Below, piece by piece: positions 25,930 through 38,400 of a stretch of DNA of 64,000 bases. The position numbers and the translations under genes are program-made. This DNA comes from Hydrurus foetidus (taxonomy: Eukaryota). Under the pieces are notes generated by a model. The model was given only the letters and a program-made list of their open reading frames with translations, searched no databases and was not told where the DNA came from. Numbering within the stretch: position 1 is the stretch's first letter; the number at the start of each line of letters is the position of its first letter. The stretch spans positions 1 to 64,000 of the forward strand of contig UYFQ01000292.1 in NCBI GenBank assembly GCA_900617105.1, written 5' to 3'.

Positions 25930-25974
25930 CCTTGCAAGATTTTTGCAACTTTCTAGCTAATCTATCTAAGGATG

Positions 25975-25985
25975 ACTGTCGTTTA
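25975..25985 (-). promoter_or_regulatory. Non-tRNA primer-binding site TAAACGACAGT, complementary to the element's own LTR
   Basis: Abuts the 5' LTR, lacks TGG, and is the perfect 11-nt reverse complement of minus-strand LTR positions 26117-26107. Confidence 0.75.
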
Positions 25986-26264
25986 TGTTGGAATTCTGGG
26001 CGAATTACACGGAATTTCTTCCGAGTTCCTAAACGATCCCTGCACTTCCGACTGCTAGTGACGCTTGCTCAAAAGAGAAGAAGACGTTCTATTCGGTAAG
26101 TTGGATTAAACGACAGTGACGTGCTGTCGATTACATCTAGGTAGCATAATATGAGTGCGAGGGTTGCGGTCAATGTTATCGCTGAATGTACGTACACCCG
26201 TGCATGAAAACAATCATCCATCACACAGGGTACAAGATCCTAGTCTAATCCGGATATCACAACA
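25986..26264 (-). repeat. 5' LTR of Copia #2
   Basis: 278/279 identical to 20346-20624. Confidence 0.98.
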
Positions 26265-27400
26265 AACGAGAGGAAGCACTTCACCTTCATTTTTCATTTC
26301 CTATCCCGTACAGTGCGTACGTATCTTCAGTCACGTTCACAAGGTATATGTGTAGTAGAAGTACATTACTAATGTATCGCCGTTGCGTGTCTAGTACCAT
26401 ATGTTTCGTTGAGCATGTTCATAGAGTTGCACCAATTTTACATATCTGAGAATGATAATAAAAGAGAGGGACTATTCTGAGTCGCATCAGCTTAGTTTCG
26501 ACTGATTACCTTCCCGCAATTCATGTTAGCACTGTCGCAACAAGACATCTACCACTGGCGGGCCCATATACCGTTTCTGCATATAAACGCTTCGCTCTGC
26601 TCCAAATGGGGACAGGCAACAAGTACCAATTATCACGCTATAGCAAAGAAGATTTCAATCATTAGTGTTTTGCCAGCACCGTGGAATAGCAAGACGGTTT
26701 TTGTCTGCATTGTGAATGCCGTTGCTATGAACATGAGATCTCCTAACATCTTTCTTAGGGCTGCTATCATAGGATCTAAAAAGCGATTGCGTCTCGTTGC
26801 CGAATCATCACGAGCGACATCATGAGAAAGTTGATAAACGCAATTTCTAAAATTACAATTTATGAAACTGTCGCGGTGAAATTCACAGCTTCGATGTATT
26901 GAGATGAATTTGAATTAAACTGAATTGAATGGAACTGAATTGAACGTAGTTGAGCTGCATAGATTGGTATGGCATTAGCTGGTGTCAAGTTCGGGCAACA
27001 AAAATAACAAAAGATAATCGCCTACTGTAGTACGTACTGAAAAGTAAGTGAGAATTATAAATGCTGAGTGAAGAAAGGCGAGACAGGAAGAAGAAATGCA
27101 AAGGTATTTGGTTTGACAGACAGACAGACAAGAGGGGAGGGAAAAGGAGAAGAGATGAGGGGAAAGTGACGACTATTTATCTATTTTGTCAATGAATCAA
27201 ACTCTTCTCTGTGATTCGCAAGAGGCAATTTAAACTATCGTGCAGGTGATGGTTGGAAAGATGAAGAAAGGTGGGTTGAGAGAAAGAAAAGCAATGGTTG
27301 AAAACAGATGAATCGGACGGGGAGAGAGTTGTGAAGGGAGGTGCGGGGGTATTTATACAATGAGTTTGCGTTGCTCTGCGTTGTTTTGCTGTGCTGCACT

Positions 27401-30400
27401 TCACTTGGCTGGTCTAGTAATAGAAAGTCTTGTAGGTGCCACTGTGGGCACACTGCCTCCTCTCTTATAGTCCGGCCGAGTGGACACGTACCATAGACTG
27501 TTTGTACGGGAGTGTCCGTTCCCTCCCGCTTCATAGAACACTGACTCATTCGCCGCCTGCATGTTCTGCCAGGCGCCTTTCCAGTCTCCTATTTCTGCTT
27601 GACCAGCAAACACTAGGAGACTCCAGCCTTGATTCACGCAGTCTGATAAAGAGATCGAAATTAAATGACATCAAATTGCAAGGCAGTGAATTCAATTCAT
27701 GGCACGGGGGTAGTCTACTATGTATGAAACGACCGGCAATCAGTAACTCAAAATGACATGCAGGCATCAGCCAAAATGAAGTCGGAACAACTTGGACAGT
27801 TTCATCATGTAATCTCTCACCTTCATCGTTCATGCAAGACTCTTCGAAGAGAGGGAGCATTTCCTCGATCCAAGCGGGGTCATCTCTCAGTTCTGATGCG
27901 GGGGTTAAGGGAACCATTTGAATGCCGTAACTCTTCCAAGGCTGGTTGCCAAACCATGTCTAGAGGAGCAAGAATTGGAAGAGGAAAGAGGTTAGGGGGA
28001 TGAAGGAGTGCGCAGCAATGACAGAGAGGAGGTTCAGTAGACATGCGAAGAGGCAGCATGAGAGGGAACGATTGAAGGGGATAAGGAACAAGAAAGAAGA
28101 TGTTGAATTGCAAGACGGCATTACATGTAAAATACAAACGGAAAGTGAAAACTACAAAAAACAGTTGACAATTTATCTCACCTGTTCCTGCGCAAGCATG
28201 CTCCACATCATGCCCACCACTTTTGGCTTGTACACCTTAGGGTAGATGCGGGACACCCCTGGGGCGTCGGGGGCCTGTACGTGCCAGTACGTCTTGGCAG
28301 ATCGAACCTACGGAGAGTGTGAGGAGTGTTGTGAAGGGTGGAGGATGGAACAGAGCAGAATAGGAAGTGGAGGAGATTGAGATAAGTAAGCATTGAATGG
28401 GGTGGAAGGATACAGTGTAAGAGTTGTGACGTAGCGGAGCTCAATGATAGCCGAAATCATGATTAAAGATGGTGATTACAGAGTAGTAGCTGTTTAAGTG
28501 AAGTATACGGGAAGGTATTTGGTCTCAAAGTCATCACACATCTATCCACGCATGTCACGTATCACAAATCAGTGTCATTCACTCACCTCAGTCGCTAGGA
28601 GCAGTCTGCCCATGTCTCTCAGTCTGAGAGCATTGTCGTAGTAGGCCGCGCCCTCTATGTCCGCCACTCCTTGGTACATCTCTGCAGCCACTTCTCCATA
28701 CAGAGCAACGGCCTGTACGTACGAGACATGAGATGAGATTAGTTGAATTTGATTACTTTATTTAAACAACAGTTTCCTTGTAAGAGTTGTGTGGCGCTGA
28801 GTTGCACTGTTTTGCATCGTTGTTGTGTGGTTGTGTAGCGTTGTGTACTGCTGTGTGCTGCATGGCTGTTGTCACACGAACAAGGATATCCAATTGGAAC
28901 TTATTTCTTGTACAGGCGTAGAAAAATAATGCGCGGTGTGAGGTAATTGTAGATCATCTCAGCTATGTGCGAGTTACTGCTGATAACAGAGGTGTCTCAT
29001 GAGCGACTACGTAAATATGACTTCACAGCATTGTCTTTCGACACATATTCCTGCAAATGATGCAATGCAATACAATCAATACAAAACAATATTAAACACC
29101 AGTGACTCACCTCATATGCAGATATCGATTCTGACGAACTCTCTTCGTTTCTGCCGTTAGGGTACGGCTTTCCATCTATTGTCACTACACCACTCGCCCA
29201 AGAGAATCCGAGATACCTTTATGAAAGAAGAGCGAGAAGATAACGATGAGGAGGGCGAAGAGAGAAGAGAAGCTGAATAACATTAATAATAACAAGTAAG
29301 AAGAATGCGTGAAAGAAGTGGGATCTTTATCTTTGTGACTTAAATTAAGTGTGAGCAACCTTGTCCGCAAAACTGTTTGTGAACTGGCAAGCCAGTATTT
29401 GCACGTTGATTGATCGCTGGATGATGATCGGTATAGCATGACTAATCGGTAATCAACTCATCACTGAATGAAAGTACTTCACAAACCCACTCATAACTTT
29501 ATTAAATGACTCCTAGACGCACTCACCAGTCTTTGTGTCTCCACGCGGGGAAGTAAGGATCGTTCCCAGAAGGATTGGCAATGTCTCTCACGAGCAGAAG
29601 AACTCTCTCGTGGAACTTTCGCCCCCAGGCATTGTCGAATTTTGCGGCAACTGAAAGAAAATAATATTGCATTTAAGAAGATTTTTTAATATATTGTTGC
29701 CATGTCAAACTATTTTATAGATATTTTCGATCAAAATAATCACAATCGTGCATACGTGATAGCAGTAGGAAGGTATTATAAGGTGATTATTTTTCTTTGG
29801 TACCTGCAGCAGCGTAGATGTGATAGCCGAAATGGAAGTGGTGATCGTTGTAGAAACCTGCACCGAAGTTCTGTCCCTCGTCTGTCGTGTTGGTAAGTAA
29901 ATTAAATAGTAGTGCGCTCTTAGAGGTATACGTAGCGTGTGGAGGATATTTCGGATTGTCATTTGAGAGACGAAATAAGTGTACGCAGTTACGATTGAGT
30001 TGGACTCAGTGGAGTACAGAGCATCAAATAGACGGTGGTGAGGTATTGTATGCGCGATTGATATTCGCTACACAGCGCAACAAAACGAGTTACACAGTTT
30101 GACTCCCCTCCTCCCCTTTTGACTCAAATGCAATCCAGCCTAAGTGATGATCAAATCCAATTGGAGCAGACAAAGCAGGGTTTCGTCTCACCTGTAAGTG
30201 CGGGGCAGTCGGGGTAACGGTTGCGACATCTGTCCAGCTTGTCATCAAAGTCGCACCCACACATCACGATGCCTCCCCACGTCCTGTCGTACAGTAGAGG
30301 AGACTCGGCTGACCCATTGAGCCAAATCTCGACACCGCCCTTCAGTCTGTGAGTTGAGGAGGATTTGTGTGATCGAAAGATTAGGATATCAAGCAGCAGC

Positions 30401-33400
30401 AGTAGAAAAGTAATGGTTATCTGTATCTATCAACGAGAGTATACCTATTGAGCGCTCTGTTGAAATCCACCCTGTCCACTCCGCCGACCTCCTTCGCGAT
30501 GATGATGATACGAGCGAGTTTGGACAACATCTTGCCTGAGGATAACATAGATCAAAGCACAGATGGGTGTCGATAGGTAGGTAAGCGGATGGGGATATCA
30601 TGTTGTGATGATGTCATCTTTTACTCGAGTACCACTGGTCTAGAATAGTATTTACTGTACATCGATTCTAGGAACGAGTTACGCTCAATTTCACTCTTCG
30701 CTTCTCTTAAGCAGAGGATAGGGTATTTGAACTCAAACACAACGATATGAATTCGATGTGACATGTCACCTGAGAAATAAGTGTCGCCAGCGCCTCTCAT
30801 GTAGTTACCGGGCAGCTCATAGTGGATGTCCGTCTTCAACGCTAGGCGGATATCTGTTGAACAGTGCAGTGAAGTGGAATAGGGTGAGTAATAGAGAGGG
30901 AATTGGATAGAAGTAGGCAGGGAGGTGGTCTTTGTAAGAATAAAGATCACAATCAATTAGTGCTATATCTAGTCTAGTGAGTAAAAAATGAGCGACATGC
31001 GTACTTACACAACACATTCGCCCACATAACTCTGTCGTAATGTTTCTGAAACAAGCATGTGTTAAGTGACGCATAGAACACTAAAACATGTGACATGCAT
31101 CTCACTCTACAACTTTGACAAGACAAGTATTTGCTGATAATTTCTACAAGTGGACTCCGAATCAACGCATCTGGACATACACATGTCTACACAAACACAT
31201 GTATACACATCGTCATGCAAGTGCGGATACACATCAAAACATGCATGAATAGAAGGCTCTTCATAGAAACACTGTTCGTACGCACCATCGAGCATCTCCA
31301 CTCTAGGAGTTCTCTCTGCTGAGAAGCTCACACGGTGCAAGTGCTCTACCATGGACCAGTGCCCGCCAGTCACCTAACAGTATTAGGCATGTGAGTTAGC
31401 GAAAGGGTATGTTCTTCACTGAAAGAGGAGTGTTGTAGAGTTACTACCAGGTAAAGTATTGTTTCAGTATGTATTCTTGATTAGTCAATTCAGATGTGAT
31501 ATCGAGTAGCTTAATAACACGCAGTGTATTATTTTGTCATTCCTTCGTCTCACTTTTACTCAATATCTGTATGGTGGTCGGTAGTATACCATCGAAATGG
31601 ATATGGTGCCTGGTGTATTGTGTGTTCATGCATTGGTCTAAGTATAAACTATGGAGCAACGTCGTTGTCTCAGTGGAGGGTTGTCAGTGTTGCGCAGAGG
31701 ATGATGATTGGTATACACGTATATTTAAATGGTAGAGGTTTTACTCACCGGACATGCCATGCCGTGCAGTGTTGGGGTGCATCCGACCGAATGTACGTAG
31801 TTACTGCTCTGCTCCGTGGGGGACAGTCTCTCTTGGTGATGGGGGATGGCAAACATGAGCAGCTCGACATCGGGACGTCCCATAGGGGGTGTGATAGAAA
31901 TACGATCGTCATCACTGACTGTTCCGATTGACGACATGTATGCCGGCTCCCAGTTGAAATTCAAACGTAGCTCCTCCTCCTCAGCTGACTCGACAGGAAA
32001 AGTGAATCGTACGTCAGCTTTGCCAGTGGGATAGACATCTGAATGTGCACGTAGCAGATCCATAAAGGCGGAATTATCCACTGCTGCACCGAGGGTGTGG
32101 CAGTATTCAGGATTACCGCCAGTGGTGCAATTATTCGCAAGAGCTATTCTAACCATGCCAATTTTCATCGGTTTTGTAGCCATGATTTCAAATGTCCCGT
32201 GGGGGAGATTTTCTGGAGGTGGGACGCCCAAACCGTAAAATATAGCCGGAGGTTCCGGTGTATTTGAGCAGGAAATCTCGGTTGGCTCAGAGAAGAAAAC
32301 TAGCCATGTGAAGTCGGAGACATCGAATGAGATTCTGACTTCGTTTTTGACCAGTTTTGGTTCACCGTAGATGCCGTCACCTTCCCCGCATACGAGGGTG
32401 TTCTCCATGTCATCGTCTATGACAGGGAGTCTAGTGGTACTTCTCTGCGCTCTAATTCTGGGTGTGGCATCCTTGTACTCCATGCTAGTATACGGAGATC
32501 CCCGCACAATGGCAGTTTTCATAAAGGGACCCTACACAATGGAATGAAGTAGAGTGTGAGAAAACTGGTTATGAAGTGACACGAAACACGGGTGGGGATA
32601 GTGTACCTTCATAGTGTCCTTGTACTGCTGACTTTTCCACTCTAATACAGTAGATAGTCTGCCCAAGGCGAGATCAGTGTCGGCAGAAACCTGATGCTGC
32701 TTCATGAAAGTTTCGTTCGCTCCAAGAGATATACCGTTTCTCGCTTGATATATCATCTGACAATTAAAGGTTAAGTGTTACTGCTAGTCCTGCTTACTGA
32801 AGTTTTTTGAATGTCTGTTGCCCCATACCTCGACCATGCGTTCGTTTGCTTGGACATGCGCTGGGTGTGTCTCGACACCTTGAGTTGATGCATTTCCATG
32901 CACCTCAGTGTCGATCACATAAGGCACCTGGTAGACTCTATTGGTGGATTCAGTTGTCGACTCTCCCAAGAAAAGATTCTCGCACCAACTATTCGTAGGT
33001 AGGGCAACGTTCTTCTCAAGAAGTTCTCCAAATATGGGGCCAGGCATGGAAATGGGTGGTCGATCGATGGCGAGGAATCCAAGAGATTCTGGATCAAGAA
33101 TTGACAGGGGCTGCGCAATGGCGGACCATGCAGCCCCCTCAATGGGTAATGCAGGTGGAGTCGGTTTGTGGGGTGAGTGAATCGGGTAAACGGTCCAGGG
33201 TTTGCCGGGGTGCGTCTTGGGCACATTTGATGAGGGATTTGGTTTGCTTCCTCCCTCGCTGAAGCTAAGAAAGATCAGAGATGCCGAAAAGACGACAGCG
33301 ATGGTTGCGACGATTCTAGCAACTCTAATGTTTCGCGTGCTTTTTGCATCGGTATCAATTAGATAGACCGTTGTTGAATCTCCACTATCTAAGATATCCA

Positions 33401-33482
33401 CCTCTAAGTCAGACTGTACTTGCAACGGATCATACTTCAGGGTTCTGTGAGAGCGCAAAGGTGTCTTCTCGGTAGCATGCAT
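27401..33482 (-). CDS. Endo-1,3-beta-glucanase, glycoside hydrolase family 81, multi-exon
   Basis: LPTNSW, VRGSPY, DTYFSGKMLSKLA, LLYDRTWGG, YNDHHFHFGY, RDIANPS, RHKDW, SWASG, NGRNEESSSE, NGHSRTNSLWY; N-terminal TM segment IVATIAVVFSASLIFL. Confidence 0.93.
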
Positions 33483-34648
33483 CTTGCTTCCAAATGTGAC
33501 AGATCCTTAGCAGCAGATGATTATCCAGCTGCAGTTCCAGTATTCAGATTCAGATACTGGATTTAATTGAATTTCATTGATGACGAAACGAAGAGTGCAA
33601 TGGAGTATTCCATCTTCCACTAGGAGCATCCGAAATCATGAAGATCTGGGATTTTGTAATTCCACTTCGATTTTGGAATTCGGAAGATTCGTAATTCCGG
33701 ATTCCGATTCTGCGGATCCTGGACTTGAAATGCGTGAAATACCGTATACTGTGAAGTCAAGTGCTCAACGCCAGTAATATTTTGTAAGGGGAGAAGGGAA
33801 GGTTCTTTTGAGCCAGACATGCGGAGGGATCCCACTGTTAGAAGCGCGCTTACGAAATCTTCGGTTACTACAAGTTCGAGTTGGTATTGTGAAAGACAAC
33901 TTCTTGTAGATTTGAAAGCGAAGATTATACTATCAGCTACATTCCATTGAATTATTATGTCTTTGTTGTGGATTAGGAAGACGCTACAATATAATCGAGC
34001 CCCATGGCCAAATGGATTGTTTACAGATGGTTCGAAAAACAGGCGCCATAATATAGCGCTAGGGTTTCCTACAGATCCTGTGGTGTCCAATGCAAGCTCA
34101 GCGGTAGTTGCCATCTGCAGCCCTTTTTCCTAATCTGCCGCTTGATTTGCTTTCTACCACGAAGGTCATTGTATAATCTTCATCATTCCAAACTGAGTTG
34201 TAGCGTACGAATTTTTCTTTTTTTACTAAAGTTGTTGGAATGGCTCATTTTTCTGGATTTGAACAGTTAATTAAACTCTCTCGTATACGGTCTGTTGGAG
34301 GGTCTTCTGTAACAGCAAAGCCCTCCACTGTGCCCCTAGCAAGGTAACAGATTCCTGTTCTTGTTATTCGGTTGTATCTAATTTTTCGACACATAGTCGC
34401 CATGACGCATTGTTTTGAAAATCCCATGACTGCACTGCAGCTATTGCGGAGCACAGTACATTTAATATTTCATTGGTACTGTAAACTGTAAACTGTAAAG
34501 GAGAGCTGTCCAGTAGACAGTTACGAAACTCTGAAATCATCGAAAATTTCAAAAATTCTTTCCACATACAGCAGCGCGCACATACGTCATGATTTCTGAA
34601 CCCCCAAACTTTGGACCCCCTCCCCCTCCCCCTCCCCTCATTCTCTAC

Positions 34649-34927
34649 TAGAGCTTGTGGCCGGTGGCTTGGCCGACCGGTCATCTTTTTGATAACCGGC
34701 CAATCTGCACCTACCATATTAGGGGTAAACTTACCGAAATATAGGGTGACTTTCCTGCATTTTAGGGGTAGCTCACAAAATTTTCGTACTTTTGGGGGGT
34801 TATTTCACGGTGCAGGTATTTAAACCTTACACGGTTTAAATCCTTGGCCGGCCGGCCAACCGGCCACTGGCAGAAATTTTAGGCCGGCCAGGCCGACGCC
34901 TGATTTGGTCATGGGCCACAAGCTCTA
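34649..34927. mobile_element. Non-autonomous hAT-type MITE, 279 bp
   Basis: 14-bp TIR TAGAGCTTGTGGCC; 8-bp TSD TTCTCTAC at 34641-34648 and 34928-34935; subterminal GGCC(G)-rich motifs. Confidence 0.93.
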
Positions 34928-35488
34928 TTCTCTACACTCTGCGTTGATGTTCAAGTTCCGCTACGATTAAAACACCTCTCGCGCGGTAAACTGCTATCAC
35001 TAGAAATACCAAATCGAGTCAATCAAGGAAGCATTTCATCTTACGATGCAGGAAGGGCACCACTATGGAAACGAGAAATGCAGGACATCTCCGAAGAAAT
35101 AAGGGTCGATGGAGTATCCGCTCTTTCCATGTGATGTCGGTCTACATAACTTTTCTCTTCATCTAGAGCAGCACGTACGTACTGACGTATGCACATCATT
35201 GAATTAGAAAAGGATTGAGGTTCGTAGAATTTAATTGTCGTGACTTCGAGCGTGCAAAGATAAGAAAGAAGGAAAATTTCGTTGCAATATCATTCTTCAA
35301 TTCTATTTTACGACTCAAAGTAGGTTACTCTGTATATAGCCATAAACATAAACATGAATATGGTGATGTAAACAATGTAAATAGACATAGAAAAAAACGA
35401 AACGGCTTGGAACGCAAACGAACTAACGAGAAAAATCAAGAAACAATATAGTTAAAATTAAAAATTAAATAATAAAGAATTAGCCGTG

Positions 35489-38400
35489 TTAGCCGAAAGA
35501 TGCCGGAAGATAATCGCCTTTTCTAATTTTCGCTAATAGAGAAACATCCACGACACCGGACCCAGTCTGGCCCCCTGGATCCCTTCCTAGCAAATGCGCC
35601 AACATGAGTGCTTCCGACTGCGTCAAGGGCGCTTCTGACAGACTGATGGCGGTGCAGAACACGGGAAATGTGACTGGGTCCCGACTTACTTTGCACTCCA
35701 CTATCACGTCAGTTTGAATGATGGAAGAGTACATCTTAGGAACTGCACGAAACCACGTCTGAGATGATATCACATTATAGAAAGGAATGTTAACATGTTA
35801 GTCGTATTGAGAGTTGCATTACAACATCGAATTATTTCATACGTGTTAAAATAAATAAATTCATTCATCTCATGTAACAAGCTATTACGGAGATAACGAA
35901 CAATTACGCATACAGAATACAGAATACAATTTACAGAATAAAGAGTTACTTTACAGAATGTATGCACCAAGATAACCCTATCCAACCCCACAGACACCGT
36001 CACAGATCCTATGAATTTTAGAATGGATAATTGCCAACCTGTAACTTTTTCTGCAGCATGCGGTACGTGGATAAAACACATAGGAACTCTTTTAAATCTC
36101 CGGCTTCCACGACTACCCCGGCCATATCCCATGAAATTAGCCGTATTACGGCCAAGGCCGCGTCATCTTTTACACTCAATGTGACGCTTCCAATACTTGT
36201 ATTATTTCCTCCTATACTATTTTTCAATCCAGCGCAGGAGCCTAGAATGAAACCGACATCTTTCACGCCTAAAAGTCGTTTGCTACTGTTTTTCCTTGGA
36301 TTCGGTAAAGATTCTAAAATCGTATCGTACGTGCTGGCAGTACTTACGGCATCTCTTGCTGCCTGCAATAAATGAAACATCATATAATAATTTACACGAT
36401 ATTTTTAATTATTAGCATGATAGAATATGATGCGATTATGGTAAGGTGAGCCAATTCCATATCATATGAAATATTGGGTAAAATGCGTTGCAATATGCTA
36501 GGATAGATACAATATTATAAAATACAATACAATACAATACTATACTATACTATACTATACTATACTATACTATACTATACTATACTATACTATACTATAC
36601 TATACTATACTATACTATACTATACTATACTATACTATACTATACTATACTATACTATACTATACTATACTATACTATACTATACTATACTATACTATAC
36701 TATACTATACTATACTATACTATACTATACTATACTATACAATATTATACAATACAATACAATACAATACAATACAATACAATATTATACAATACAACGC
36801 AATACAGTACAATACAATGCAATACAGTGCAATACAATACAATACAATACAATACAATTCAATGCAATACAATACAATTCAATACAGTACAATTCAATAC
36901 AATACAATACAACACAAAACAATACACTGCAATACAATACAATACAATACAATACAATACAATACAATACAATACTATACAATACAATACAATACAATAC
37001 AATGTTATACAATACAATACAATACAATACAATACAATACAATACAATGCAATACAATACAATATAATACAATACAATGCAACACAATACAATACAAAAC
37101 AATACAATACAATACAATACAATATAATACAATACAACACAATACAATGCAATACAATACAATGCAATACAACACAATACAATGCAATACAATAATATAC
37201 AACACAATGCAATATTATACAACACAATACAATACAATACAATTCAATACATTACAATATTATACAATACAATACAATACAATACAATACAATACAATAC
37301 AATACAATACAATACAATACAATACAATACAATACAATTCAATACAGTGCAATACAGTGCAATACAATACAATACAATACAATACAATACAATACAATAC
37401 AATACAATACAATACACAATACAATGCAATACAATACAATACAACACTCACTTGCTGCATAACACCGAATCTCGCAGTCGCCAAGAATTGACTCAATCTA
37501 TGTCCGGCGTCCCCCTGAGGATGGGCGCTCAACCAAGCGTCCTCCATCAAAAGCGTGAGTTCGGAAAGTCGAACTCGAGACCTCTCACTCGCACCTGGTA
37601 GTGTTGCAGTTCAAGTTTAGGTTAAAGTTGAAGTTGTGATGTTCAGATGTGTGTCTATTGTCTGTTGTAATCCATTCAGAGGTCTCCGTAATTTCGGTGA
37701 CATACAGGGGGTGTTGCTAAAGATTTAAATCAATGATGTACGTCTCATATCTTATCATCCAATACTGTATTTCATCGTTTCCATTTCATTTCACTTTATC
37801 CCACCCCACCCCACCCCACCCCACCTCACCCAATACTATCCGATACACCTCACCTCAGTCTACCCATACTGTCCTACACTACACTATCTTGTCCACCTCA
37901 CCTGCTAGAAGCCTCAACAAAATGCACAGCTGGATGATGCTATAAGACCTCATCTCGCCGTTCTCAAGAATACTTAATTCACCAGCTAATTCACCGAGTA
38001 CGCACGCGACATCTTCCACTTCAAGTTCGGCTTCTGCTTGAGTTGTGCTTCCTAGGCCTGAGAGAAGAATTCGGTTGGGAAGTGAGAGTTAGTATGTTAT
38101 GAGTAATGATATTGTGTTATGTTACGTCATGATGTGGTGGAATGTGTTAGTAAGTGGTGTGTTGACATTTGACGATGTAATGTGTTCTGCGGCTTTTCAG
38201 TAATGTTGTTACGTACTGTCACAGTGAAAGATATTAAGATACACAGGTGCAACTGAAAAGTGCAAGTACTGAAACGTCACTAATTCCGTATTGTTTGAAG
38301 GGCACAACACTACTACAAATACACTACTAAATCGGTAAATAAAACTAAAAAAATGCTCTCCTAAAAGTTAAAATAGATGAAAACACGGTTTTAAGTCCAT

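Larger units (their letters stand above)
20346..26264 (-). mobile_element. Complete Ty1/copia LTR retrotransposon #2 (CoDi-like), 5919 bp
   Basis: Two 279-bp LTRs (TGTTG...CAACA), 5-bp TSD AACGA (20341-20345 and 26265-26269), gag-PR-IN-RT-RH on the minus strand. Confidence 0.98.

Noticed and set aside
26523..26825. 100-aa ORF or possible ncRNA next to the LTR
   Set aside because: No domain and no convincing RNA family signature.
33620..34454. Minus-strand ORFs of 164 and 69 aa
   Set aside because: No recognisable motifs and no consistent splice model found.
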